Source: Octopus sinensis (lineage: Eukaryota). From it: 64,000 nucleotides of DNA. The position numbers and the translations under genes were made by a program. Below the pieces are notes generated by a model. The model worked only from the letters and a program-made list of their open reading frames with translations, searched no databases and had not been told where the DNA came from. The stretch is from contig NC_042997.1 of NCBI RefSeq assembly GCF_006345805.1, positions 106,454,001 to 106,518,000 on the forward strand, written 5' to 3'. Positions 23,000-35,087 of the stretch are shown one piece after another (position 1 is the first letter of the stretch; every line of letters starts with the position of its first letter).

Positions 23000-24755
23000 T
23001 TTGTCTGGGGGGCGGATTCAGGGGGGTCTGTTGTTCATGTTTATTTATTTTTGTCGAACAAGAAATCTCCACTGAGTTCCACACATTTGTCTGCCTGTGG
23101 TTGTGCTTAAAGTTTCACTTAACGGGGAAAAGTGTATTTTGGGGGTGTATCTCTCCGAAAATTGTGTTATTTTTGTGACTGTTTTGTGCCCTTGCCAGAA
23201 GAATTACCAAGTTGGCCAGGAGTACCAGGACAACCAGAAGAATTTGTTGTGTTTTTTTAACTGTTTCTCGTCTTTTTCTTTCCTTCCTGTATTTTTTTTA
23301 ACTTTGAACAAAAAAGAAACATGGTAAAGAAGATAAATAACACTGCGTTGGAGTGAGAAATTGTCCCGCCCTATCAGTGGATGAAAGACTTTGAAGAGAG
23401 GACTGTGGTGCTGCGAACGTATTCCAAGCCGCTCGACGCCATCGCCCTCTTTCAAAAGAGTGAAATTGAGAAAGAGTTGGCAGAATATTTGCCAACTACT
23501 AAATTCATCTCCAGGGGTGTCAAATATGCAACGTTGTGGTTGCTGTTTGACACCCCTGAGGGGGCTCGCATTTTTGCGAGCCAGCCCCTGGAGGGCAATA
23601 AAATTGTGTTTCTTCCCACGTATTGTGGGAGTAAGTTGACAAGAGCTTGGGTCTGTGGGTTGCCACCAGGGATATAACCCGAGTGGATAAAGGAATCTAT
23701 CCGCCGGGGTCTGGGTGGCAGCGGAGCCAAGCTCCTTAATGTGAAAATTTTCCTGCAGCTGATTGGGTTGGGTCAAAAGCTGTTTTGACCCTTTGGACCC
23801 AATCAGCCAATCTGGTTTTTCCAGATTTTTTTGAAAATGGCTGGGTGCAGGAACCCGGTGATTCTTGAGGGTGGCTCCCCACCCCCGGTGTCATCGGTGC
23901 CTGCAGCCTGGCCATATAAAACTATCCCCAGGTACAAAGTAAGGTCCTGGAGCAGTTGGTTGAGATCTCTGTAGAAGAGGGAATGAAGGCGGCCGAGGAA
24001 GTGGAGGACTCCTCAAAGAAGGGCCGCAAGAGGAAGATGGTGATCAACAATGGGTGCTCACCGAAGGATCCTAAAGATGAGGAAGGGAAGGTGAATCTCC
24101 TGGTCACGGAGTGGACGCACCCTCCCTCAGCTGAAAAAAATAGGAAGAGGAAGAGAAACGGGACATTGCTGGCAGTCGGTGACATAGTACCGGAATGTCC
24201 CGGTAGAGGTTGTGTCACCGACAAGGGAAGAGACACCGTTGGCGGGAATTGTGCCGCCAACAGTGGAATTGACTATCCCGCCCCCGGAGGAAGACGAATT
24301 ATTGGTCTTCTTCTATAGAGGTGGAGGGGTAGAAAAGGTGGTGGAAGAGCGCCATAAGGGAGTACCTTCAGCCTGCACACAGGATCCCGAATGGCCTCCG
24401 CAGATGCGTAGGCTGCAGGGACTCAATGAAGAATATCACTTGTGGTTGGGCGACGCCGATACGGCACCGCTTTGATCTTGAATGAGGCGTGGGTGATGGA
24501 AGAGCATGCAGGCACAAGCGATGTTGAGGAGGAATAATGATAAGAGGTTGAAAAGCCTCAGTGCTATTGAAAGTTCCAAGTTTGGAAAGAAAAGTAAGGG
24601 GCTTAGCGCCTCATGTTGTTATTGAATATTGTGAACAGTGTAGAGGTTTGTTGCCTCATGAACAATATACAAGTGATCAATGTTCTCGGGAAAAATCGAT
24701 CGGCGGGTGCCGCTTTTTCATCATTTTCATCATTTTCATTTTCATTTCATATAAC
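23000..24755 (+). mobile_element. LINE ORF1/gag-like element with a zinc knuckle, no ORF2 seen, short tandem tail
   Basis: Frame from 23321 with in-frame stops reads ...VILEGGSPPRCHRCLQPGHI.... Ends in ttttcatcattttcatcattttcattttcatttca. Confidence 0.55.
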
Positions 24756-24824
24756 ATTATGTCTATGTCCAGCCCACAGCTTCCTTTCTCTGTGTAAGGC
24801 CTTATGGCCAATATAATGAAATAA

Positions 24825-25125
24825 AGAAGCTTGCTTCCCAATCACATGGTTCCGCGTTCAGTTCCACTGCATGACACCGTGGGCATGAGTCTTCTACTAT
24901 AGGCTTGGGCCGACCAAAGCCTTGTGTATGGATCTGGTAGACGGAAACTGATAGAAGCCCGTTGTATGTGTGTGTGTGTGTTGGTGCGTCTGTGTTTGTC
25001 TCCTCACCATCGTTTGACAACCGATGTTGGTGTCCTCGAAAGTTAACGGTTCGGCAAAAGGAGCCGATAGAATAAGTACTGGGCTTAGAAAGAATAAGTC
25101 CTGGGGGCGATTCATTCGACTAAAA
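24825..25125 (+). mobile_element. SINE family B (tRNA-like head, CORE-like central motif, CA/TG spacer)
   Basis: B-box-like gttcagttcc and ...gggc(a)...tcttctactatag...ggccgaccaaagccttgtg; matches 55625-56040. Confidence 0.75.
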
Positions 25126-25709
25126 CTTGGTGCTCCTATTATGTTACTTAGGAATCTTCAATCATCTCATCTGTGTAATGGAACTCGCTTAATTGTTACT
25201 TCCATGAAGCCTCTAATCCTACAGGCAACAATCATAATAGGTAGTCACAAAGGAGAAAATGTCTCTATTCCAAAAATTCATGTCATACCTACAGATGTTA
25301 CATTTGAATTTAAGACGCTTCAGTTTCCATTTAAACTAAGTTTTGGTATTTCAATTAACAAATCACAGGGTCAATCTCTCAAAGTAGTTGAATTCCATCT
25401 CTCTCCTACATGCTTCTCCCACAGCCAACTCTATGTTTGTTGCTCACGAGTTGGAAGTAGCAACAATTTATTCATTTGGACACCAACAAACTATTACACA
25501 ATGAATATTGTTTACCCTGACGTGCTTCAACATTGACAGATTTTCAGTTCGAAATTCTATTATCAGTACAATTTTGGATATTTTTTGATAAAATACAGAT
25601 ATTTTGAAATAATTATGAGAATACATCTTTATATTTATATTTATTGTTTACCTTTACTAATCTGAATAAGGACAGCAGTAACCGGGGCAACACTATGTCA
25701 TTCAGCTAG
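25125..25709 (+). mobile_element. Helitron 3' end: PIF1-like helicase C-terminus and CTAG terminus
   Basis: LKLGAPIMLLRNL..LCNGTRL, QFP...ISINKSQGQSL and FSHSQLYVCCSRV, then a degenerate hairpin and CTAG|T at 25706-25710. Confidence 0.88.
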
Positions 25710-25714
25710 TATAT

Positions 25715-25750
<36 letters not shown>

Positions 25751-27044
25751 AGTCTATTTTTGCCTCTGTGCGTATTTATATATACACATATATAAATTCA
25801 TACATACACACAGATTTATATATATATATATATTTATACTTACACACAGATATATATCTATATCAATCTTTATTTATATTTATACATGTGTGTGTGTGTA
25901 CCCATGCGTGCGTGTGGATGTCTAGAGTTTGTAATAACAATGTAATTTACAATCTGATGAAGGCGATTGTTTAAAGAACTTTGGTGTATCCAAGTTTGAA
26001 GCAACCTAATCAGTTCTACTTATAGTTGTAGACTGAAGAGAATCGGCAAACACTGTTGGATAGCTGTCAGTATCGTTAAATACGACCACTTGGTCGTGTT
26101 TTGACTTTTATCACCGGAATTCGACCAGTATCTATTGAGTTATAGTGTTATTAATACCCTGCATAATGTTAGTTTGGGGAACATTGCAAAAACGGATTCC
26201 TCGATTCAAAATATATTATAGAAAGTAAAGAATGAACAAGTCGATAAAATACATGTTTATAAACCACTTAGGGATTTTGCAACTCCGCAAAGGTCTAGGG
26301 TAAAATTTCAGTAGCATTTCTTGCGATTTCTAGGTATACTGATCGACAATTATTTTGAATCGTAAAATCTTTACTCTCACTGACACCTGGAAACTGGCCA
26401 TTGCCCCTGTTTGAAGTTAAATCTTTGCAATTTGGGCTGCTGAGGCATCTATAATAAGGGTCACTGTAATTTTGGTAGAATCGTGTTTTTCCTCTTGTCT
26501 CAATATAAAGGTTTCTTTGGGACATGCCTTCAACTTATCAGCAGGTGTAAATTTTGTGATGAGCAGCAGAGTTTGCTTGAATTTTTTTACTAGGAATCAT
26601 TTCAAGTGCGATCAAGAGACTCACCTGCATGTCTGTAAAGCATTCTGCTCGAGAATCAAGAGTGATATTATACCATGAATAGTTCTGTTTGAGATTTCGA
26701 CAGATTATAAAAGATTCCTGATATACTGATTTAAAACAATCGATGTGCGGTTTCAAATATACAATTTTTATTTGTCAAAAGTTCGCAGAGGGCAAAACAT
26801 TGCAAAAACGGATTCCTCGATTTAAAATATATTATAGAAAGAAAACAATGAACAAGTTGGTAATATGCAATCGCTAGCAATTAGCACATACAACAAATTA
26901 TACAATGATCAGCAAAATATTGATATTGAAAATAAACAAATGACTCCGAGTACATACAAAGAAACATGTTTTTTTGTTAATGAAAGTTAAAGGTAAGGTT
27001 ATAATGAATATTTACTGAACGCAATAGCCATATTCTATAAAGAA

Positions 27045-27088
<44 letters not shown>

Positions 27089-27101
27089 TTCTCTCTCTCT
27101 T

Positions 27102-27148
<47 letters not shown>

Positions 27149-27161
27149 TTCTCTCTCTCTT

Positions 27162-27198
<37 letters not shown>

Positions 27199-27348
27199 TT
27201 CTCTCTCACACACACACACACACATAAACGCGTGCGCGCGCAGAAATTTAAAGTTTTGTTACATATGTACAAAGAAGAAAATTACAAAATGTTCTTACGG
27301 TGATACCGTTTAAAAATTGAAATATAATTAAAATCGATCACACTGTTA

Positions 27349-27586
27349 TTAACCTTCTCGTATACACTTTTTAAGATTATTCCAGAAAACATCACTTGTC
27401 TTCGCGTTGTCCGTTGGAAAACATATATAACTCTGTGTTTTGACTTGATGTTGTAATTGTAGAGGTAGAATTTCTACAGAGAATTCTTCGAGCATTATGA
27501 CAATTACCAAATCTCTTTCAGTGTGGACACATTCCATTTTAGCCATGTTATATTCAAACATACACCATTCACTTGCCAAAAAGTTC
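27349..27586 (-). CDS. TLR-B coding exon 2 (C-terminal TIR); spliced product 824 aa
   Basis: Acceptor tttaatttcAG|G completes Arg, then NFLASEWCMFEYNMAKME...SYICFP...FWNNLK to stop. Paralogous to TLR-A exon 2. Confidence 0.9.
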
Positions 27587-27839
27587 CTGAAATTAAACGA
27601 AATTATACATTGATGATAAAACTTTAAAATACGAAACAAATATTATCATAATTTGCTGGTAAAAACTGGAGAGGACTGTGAAGACCTAGAGGAGAGAAAG
27701 AAAGACTGATAGGGTAAGAGAGGGAGAGAGAAAGAGGGAGAAAAAGAAAGAGATAGAGAAGGGGGAAAAGAGAGAAAAAATAGAGCGAGAAAGAAATAGT
27801 ATTGTGTGAGTTCTTTACCACCTGAGCTCATATTATATG

Positions 27840-29035
27840 GTAGTATCCTCGTGGGCCACCACAAATTCCAACCCCTCGTCATTGTTCGTGTGGTGGTGGC
27901 AACAGTCTGGGATTGCCTCATTAAGCTATACCGTCCGATGACAGAAACTTTTTTCCTGCTTTGACCATCGACAGGAAGATCGCCTTCGGTAATCTAGCAG
28001 GGTCACCCAAAGCGAGCAGGTCGACGTTGAACCCAAACTGACAAATGGAGTTCTGATTACCTGCATGGGGTGGGGTGCAGCATAGCAGGTGTGAAACCTT
28101 GACAGAAGAACTGTCAACTTAGTAAATGGTAAGGTGCACAAGATGCTGGGCAGAGAAATCCTAAACAGATCAATGACTAGTTCAGTTCAGTTCAGTTCAG
28201 TCAGAGAAATACTGTGATCATTAATAGACGTAGCTCACACTGAGGAATATACTGGGCTATCGAAAGACTAGTCATTACTTTGGATCATTCCAGAAACTCA
28301 TACCGCATCGATCGTCGTGCGGATTATCAAGGGTCGCGACCAGGTATGCCGGTTCTGGTATTTGCGTTCGACAAGTCAGCTACAGAAACAAAATAGAAAT
28401 TTGCTAGATGCAAGCATCTTGTTAAAGTATCGACTTTCAATGTAAGAACTTTGAAATTTCTATCTCAAATTTCAGAACTTGCTGCATCGGCTATCAACTT
28501 TCATATTGACATCTTGTGTGTACAGGAACACCGTCTCTTCCATGATGATCACAATTTATAGTATCATGAACTCGATAACAACTGGACTTTTGCATCTAGA
28601 TCGGCATAGAAAAATTCTTTTAACAGCACCATCGGCGATGTTGGATTATTATTCGGCCCGCATGTCCTGAAATCACTAAATAGCATTGAGAAAATAACAT
28701 CTAGAATAATAGTTGCCAATTTCAACGGTAATTCTTCTATACTGGCATCTGCTGCTACAGCCCAACAAATGTCAGCGATGAACAAAGGGTCATACATTTT
28801 TACAATGATTTATCGTCTCTTGTACGATCTATACCAAAACACAACATCCGCATCATTGGCGGAGATACAAATGCACAATTAGGCCATGACAATCCCCATC
28901 ATAAGTATTCGTTCCATCAAAACTCAAACCGAAATGGAGAACACTTAGAGCACTTCTTGGTAGAAAACAAACTTCAATGCCTGAACACTTACTCTCAGAA
29001 GAGACTGGGAAAGAAGTGGATCCATACTTCAACAG
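27840..29035 (+). mobile_element. RTE-like LINE 5' region and AP-endonuclease domain, decayed
   Basis: STFNVRTL, DILCVQEHR, IIGGDTNAQLG and SNRNGEHL...LNT motifs from ~28420. Confidence 0.8.
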
Positions 29036-29099
29036 TGTTTCAACAGTGGCCCTACGGCATATTTTATTGGAGTTAGAAGTAGTGGTTAATAATGATTTT

Positions 29100-29350
29100 A
29101 TTCCACCTAAAAACTATAATAGCGGCTGAGGGGATATTTGTTTGAAACGAGGATATTTTTCTGCAATATGCTGGTATCTTTCATTTAATATCTTTGAAAT
29201 GCCAGCGAAATTTCGGCGCCTGTTAATCACGAAAGGAATCACTAAATTAATCACTAAAGGGATTTTATCATAAACTTTACTTTGGTTGCTAAAATTATGC
29301 GTAGAAGTTTGATTTTCTTTGCTGATTTTAGCTATCACATTTGCGATTTC
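29100..29350 (-). mobile_element. Probable Penelope-like linker fragment
   Basis: IPFVINRRRNFAGISKILNERYQHI...RFKQISPQPLL resembles the PLE RT-EN linker. Confidence 0.45.
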
Positions 29351-29398
29351 TTTTAATCGTGATCGACAGCAAACGCATTTAAAATCAAACTTCCACGC

Positions 29399-29472
<74 letters not shown>

Positions 29473-29473
<1 letters not shown>

Positions 29474-29965
29474 GTTTCGTCTTGGTATAAAAGATGGACT
29501 ACAGCAAATATTCTGCTCACTACCACAGATTTGCTTGTCAGTTGTTTGTCCATAACCAGTTGAGCATGTCCCTTAGTGGCTGAAGATATGTGCATCTCTG
29601 ATCACGAGCAGAAGTAGTGGGGGAGCATCATAGCCATGTGTTGAGAAGGATTCTTTGGAGTTTGAATAATTCACCTCTGGAAACATAGGTTTTTCGTTCA
29701 ACATTCTTAAACAACCCTTATTCAGGGATATTTGAGCGGGATGGGTTACTCTACCAGGAGTAAATACTAACGGGGCCCCACCTGCAAGGTCATGCGCTGT
29801 TTATCTTGATATGAGATCACCATGTCGCGCACATATGGTTGTGATGCATGTGCCTAGTGTACCCTTATCAAACGGGTAGTCATGATGGGTATACTGCGTT
29901 TCGTATATTTTACCCCAGTGTCACTTTGATGGCATGCACTGCTCTCTCACTCAATAATAATAATA

Positions 29966-30013
<48 letters not shown>

Positions 30014-30345
30014 CCCTGATGTAGTAGCAGGCACTAGCTCACATGGCTTCTGATCTTAATTTATTGGAAGTGTTATCATGTGTTTTGTCTTGTTATCAAG
30101 TGTTTTTTCTTTTGAATAAAAGATGGGCTACAGCAAATATTCTGCTCAACACTACAGATATGTTTGTCAGTTGTTTGACCATAGCCAGTTGAGCATGTCC
30201 CTTAGTGGCTGACGATATGTGCATCTCTGATCACGAGCAGAAGTAGTAGGAGAGTATCACAGACATATGTTGAGAGAAATTCACATTTGGAAACATGGGT
30301 GTTTCATTCAACATCCTTAAACAACCTTAATTCAGGGACCTTTTG
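29473..30345 (+). repeat. Two adjacent copies (29473-29955, 30015-30345) of a non-coding repeat bounded by (AAT)n; third partial copy at 36906-37092
   Basis: Shared aaagatgg(a/g)ctacagcaaatattctgctc...gagcatgtcccttagtggctga between the first two. The copies at 29473 and 36906 share gtcgcgcacatatggttgtgatgcatg...ctctctcactc(aat)n. Confidence 0.8.
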
Positions 30346-31779
30346 AGCGGGGTAGTCTGCCACAAAAAAATGGAGTCCTGCTACATGAGCATAAGGGTAG
30401 CAAGCGTAAGTGCAGAGGTACCAAGGATTAACTCCTGACAGACAAAACTGTACTTAGAGACTGCAAGAGGAGGAAAAGTAACTTATTCATGTCATGGATG
30501 GATTATTGTAATGCGTCCGATATGATCTCACATTCTTAGATTATGGAGTGTGTGAACCTATTTGGTATTGCATCGAATGTTGAGCGATTGCTTGGTAAAA
30601 GTATGGCGAATAAGAGAACGGACCTGACAGCATACGGAAAGAAGTTTAGGGACAGTAGAAATTAGGAGGGGTATCTTTCTAGGGAACTGCCTGTCTCCAC
30701 TGATCTTTGTACTGTGCTTGATACCACTAACACAGATTCTGAGGAAATCAAAAGCTGGATATGTATTCAAAAGCCGCCAACAAAAAGTCAACTATTTGTT
30801 ATTCATGGATGACCTCAAACTTTATGGTAAAGATGAAGCCCAAATCAGTTCCTTCGTTCATACGGTGTATACATTCAGTGCTGATATCAGAATGGAGTTC
30901 GGACTGAGAAAGTGTAGTGTTAGTCTTGAAGAAAGGAAAAAATAAAATGTATGTACGGGCTAACGATACCGTCGAGGGAGGTTATGAAGCAAATAGAAGA
31001 GACGGGCTATAAGCACCTGAGGATTTTTTAAATGGATAAGTTGATGGAGAAAGAAATGACAGAAAAATTTAAGGTGGAATATTTGCGCAGACTGAGACTG
31101 GTCCTTAAGTCGAAATTAAACGGACGGAATAATATTGAAGCTATCAACACCTGGGCGATTTCACTCATTAGATATGGAGCAGAGGTAATCGCATGGGCAG
31201 TAGACGAACTAAACAGCTTAGACAGAAAGACAAGGAAGTTGCTAACTAGATATGGGACATTCCACCCCAAAAGTGACACAGACAGACTGTATGTACCAAG
31301 AAAAAGAGGAGGAAGATACGAACACAGTATTAGAGCAGAAAACAACATAGCATGGTATGTAGGAAATTCCACAGAACCATTATTATTAGAAGTAAGTAGG
31401 TCAGGCTTGTGTAGGATGAAAGATTGCAAAAATAAAACACTGTACAAGCAATTGAAAACAAATGAAACTGAAAACAGGTGAGTAAAGAAAAGAATGCTTG
31501 GTCAATTTCATAGACAAAGAAAAAAGATGGCTGTGGATGACTAAAAGTGATTTAAAACCGGAAACAGAGGCTATAATTTGTGCTGCCCAACAGCAAGCAC
31601 TGAGAACAAACTACATGAAATACAGAATAGACAACACAGCAGAAAGTGATAAGTGCAGAATCTGTGGACAAAATGGTGAAACCGTATGGTATATTACCAG
31701 CCAATATACGCTACTAGCGCAGAAGGAACATAAGAGACGCAACGACAATATAGCCAGGCTTGTCCATTGGACACTTTGC

Positions 31780-32029
31780 AACAATACAATTCTATATTTA
31801 AGAGATGAGGAATTTTGTACATTATTTACATTATTTAGATTCGATGGATATTTTTCTTCATCTTGTTTGTTGTTAACACAACGTTTCGGCTGATATACAC
31901 TCAAGCCTTCATCAGGTTTGGGGAAATTTCGAATCTGGGTTCCATTCCTAAGGTATTTTTTTGATGTTGTTGTTGTTGTTATTATTGTTGTTGTTGCTGT
32001 TGTTTTTGTTGTTGTTTTTGTTGTTGCTT

Positions 32030-32076
<47 letters not shown>

Positions 32077-32110
32077 GCTGTTGCTGTTGTTGTTTTTGTT
32101 GTTGTTGAAA
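31780..32110 (-). mobile_element. Hammerhead-containing SINE tail plus (AAC)n, head missing
   Basis: Minus strand aacatcaaaaaataccttaggaatggaacccagattcgaaatttcccc matches ~22883-22932 and continues through the HHR to aaataatgtaaataatgtac.... Confidence 0.75.
31875..31919 (-). ncRNA. Minimal type I hammerhead ribozyme motif, second copy
   Basis: Minus strand AAAC-CTGATGA-A-GGCT(tgagtgtatatc)AGCC-GAAAC-GTT-GTGTT. Stem II is a perfect 4 bp and stem I has one mismatch. Confidence 0.7.
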
Positions 32111-32849
32111 CACAACAGGCTGGCATCATCAAAACTTAATATTGTGTAACTAAAGAAACATTTAAACAAGAAATGAACAAAAAAAAAGCATGGAAGGAAA
32201 GGAAAATGTACGGTCAGTTTTCAAGAGATGTGAACGCCAAGACAGATACAGAGGACCTGTGGCTATGGATGAGGAGGACTGACCTGAAGATAGAGACAGA
32301 AGCACTCATGCACAACTCAGCAGCAAGTGTTAAGGGCTAATAGAAAGATGTGGTATGAGAAAACTCCACAAGGAGTCACCGAAAATGAGAACAATAAAAT
32401 CCTGTGGGATGTAATGATCCAGTGCGATCATCCGACCAGACATCGGAAACCGGACATTGTTGTGGTGAATAAAAAAGAAAGGACATGTATGATAATCGAC
32501 ATGGCATGCCCCGGTGACAACAGGATCAATGTGAAAGAAGAAAGAAGAAATAAACTATGACGATTTAAAGTGGGAAATACGAAGGTTGTGGTCAATAAAA
32601 AGAGTAGAAGTGGTATCAATGGTAATTAGTGCACTTGGAAGTATCAGCACTCAACTACCAGTATGGCCGAAAAAGATCGTTGCAACTGGGAAGGTAGAAC
32701 ACCTACAAAAAATCAGTATTGCTTGAAACTGCAAAAATTGTTCGCAGGGTTCTTGAAGCAGGACAAATAAACAAGTGCTACTTTAGTTTGCTGGCTGTGG
32801 AGAGCTGACACTTTCCATCATACCCATCAAAATAAGCTGTGAGTTTTCA

Positions 32850-32880
<31 letters not shown>

Positions 32881-32892
32881 TAATAATAATAA

Positions 32893-32923
<31 letters not shown>

Positions 32924-32980
32924 AAGAAGAAGAAGAAGAAGAAGAAGAAGAAGAAGAAGAAGAAGAAGAAGAAGAAGAAA

Positions 32981-33355
32981 GGCACAAGGCCTGAAATTTA
33001 GAGGAGGAGGAATAGTCGATTATATCGACCTCAGTGTTTCACTGGTATTTAATTTATTGATCCCGAAAGATGAAAAGCAAAGTCGACCACGGCAAAATTT
33101 AAACTCAGAATGTAGAGGCAGACGAAATACCTATTTGTTTACTACCCACAAGGGGCTAAACACAGAGAGGACAAACAAGGACAGACAAACAGATTAAGTC
33201 GATTATATCGACCCCAGTCCGTAACAGGTACTTATTTAATCGACCCCGTAAGGATGAAAGGCAAAGTCGACCTCGGCGGAATTCGAACTCAGAACGTAAC
33301 GGCAGACGAAATACCTTATGCATTTCGCCCGGCCTGCTAACGATTCTGGCAACTC
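32981..33355 (-). mobile_element. SINE family A, dimeric form
   Basis: Two gcaaagtcgacc...aactcagaa units in the same layout as 63104-63490. Confidence 0.8.
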
Positions 33356-33359
33356 ATGG

Positions 33360-34780
33360 GGCTTACTTTGAAGCGGGAGAAAAGAGTAAATTACAAAATG
33401 GAGAGAGATTGAAGACCCGGATGATAATGGGTACAAGTACCTTGCGATCCTGGAGTTGGACAATATCTTGCACAGAAAATGAAGGTCATCACCACCTATT
33501 TCATGAGCTTCAAACTTCTCTTGAAATCAATGCTCAACGCAAGGAGCCTTGTGACTGCCATCAACATATGGGCTGTTGCTGTAGTCCGCTATAGTACACC
33601 CGTCTTGAGATGGACACAAGCGAAGATTGACCAACTCGATCGCACTACCCGAAAGACAATGACAATGCATGGTGCCCTCCACCCTAAGGCAAATGTACAC
33701 AGGCTCTACATGAAAAGAGGTAAGGTGGACGTGGGCTGATTAGCGTATGGAAGTACATCAAGAGTGAAAGAAGAAACATAGCAGAATATTTGGTAAACAG
33801 CAAAGACCTGCTACAGTATGCTAGTGCAGAAGGAGGTAACAAAAATGGACTTGAGAGTGTTCATGAATTCCAAACAAGAACAGCCAACGAGAGAAGAAAC
33901 CCAACTCCTTATAGAATTACATGGTCAGTTCCACCGTGAAACCAACAAATTAAAAGAGCAGGAGGCATCATGGAAGTGGCCCAAAAAGGGTGACCTAAAA
34001 AAGAATACTAAAAGCCCAATCATCGCGGCGCAGGACGAGGCATTGAATACCAACTTAGTGAAAAAGAATATATACAACTCAAGTGCATCGAACTTCTGCA
34101 GAATGTGTGGGAAGAGGGTCGAAAGTGTGACTCACATTACTAGTACTTGTGAAAGTGTTGCGCAGAAAGAGTACAAGCGTAGACACGACAAATTAGCCCA
34201 AAACCTCCACTGACTACTCTGCCGTAAGTATGGATATGAGGTTACGGGTGCTTGGTATCAACATATACCGGAAAAGGTAATGGACGAAAAGGGGAAGGCA
34301 AAATCATCTGGAACTTTGATTTCCAGACAAAGTGTTAGAGCACCGAAAGCTGGATGTAGTAACCTTTAGGAGAGGCAAAGAAGAGTCCCTAATAATCGAC
34401 GTAGCAGCGCCAAAAGATCAACATATCATCATGAAAGAAAGAAAAAACGTTGATAAATATGGAGAACTGAGATCGCTAACGTATGGTAGCTATGAGAGTC
34501 GAGCGTAAAAGTTATCCCCACTGTCATCGGAGCATGGGGTCAATACCACCCAAGCTGAAGAAACATCTTAGAAATTTTAGAAACAACCTACAATCCATAT
34601 ATATTGCAAAAATTGGCATTCAGTAGTCTTATTTTTATCACGTGTCTCATTTTTATTACGCATATTACGTATAGTACTGTCTGTCTGAGGTCCTTGTTGT
34701 TACTTGACAGACAGTACAAACCCCCAGGAGACACAATATCTTCAATCAACATCACGATATTGGATACTGTGTGACGTTTT
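33360..34780 (+). mobile_element. RLE-type (R4/Dong-like) LINE 3' portion, decayed
   Basis: AINIWAVAVVRYS, HGALHPKANVHRLY and CRMCG...HITSTC...YKRRHD. Ends in (AAT)n. Confidence 0.85.
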
Positions 34781-34788
34781 AAATAATG

Positions 34789-34850
<62 letters not shown>

Positions 34851-35075
34851 CCCTTCTTCTAAAAAGACAAGGCCTGAAATTTGGCGGGGACTAGAAATTT
34901 GGGAGGGCACTAGTCGATTACCTCGACCCCAATGTTTCACTGGTACTTATTTCATCGACCCCAAAAGGATGAAAGGCAAAGTTAACCTCGGCGGAATTTG
35001 AACTCAGAACGTAGCGACAGGCCAATTACTAGGCATTTCGTCCAGCGTGCTAACGATTCTGCCGCTCGCCGCCTT
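34851..35075 (-). mobile_element. SINE family A
   Basis: Reverse complement of aaggcggcgagc...gagttcaaattcc. Confidence 0.8.
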
Positions 35076-35087
35076 GGTACCAATCCC

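Larger units (their letters stand above)
30370..32850 (+). mobile_element. RLE-type (R4/Dong-like) LINE, decayed, interrupted at ~31770-32140
   Basis: YLLFMDDLKLY, AINTWAISLIRY, CRICG and KPDIVVVNKK...IIDMACPGD. The 3' end runs into (AAT)n then (AAG)n. Confidence 0.88.

Noticed and set aside
25024-25536. 170-aa PIF1-like ORF as a host helicase gene
   Set aside because: Its N-terminus is read from a SINE, conserved motifs are decayed, and it ends at a Helitron CTAG terminus.
27880-28040. HDV-like ribozyme in the RTE 5' region
   Set aside because: Plausible from family knowledge, but I could not assemble the nested double pseudoknot by eye; it needs an RNArobo or Infernal search.
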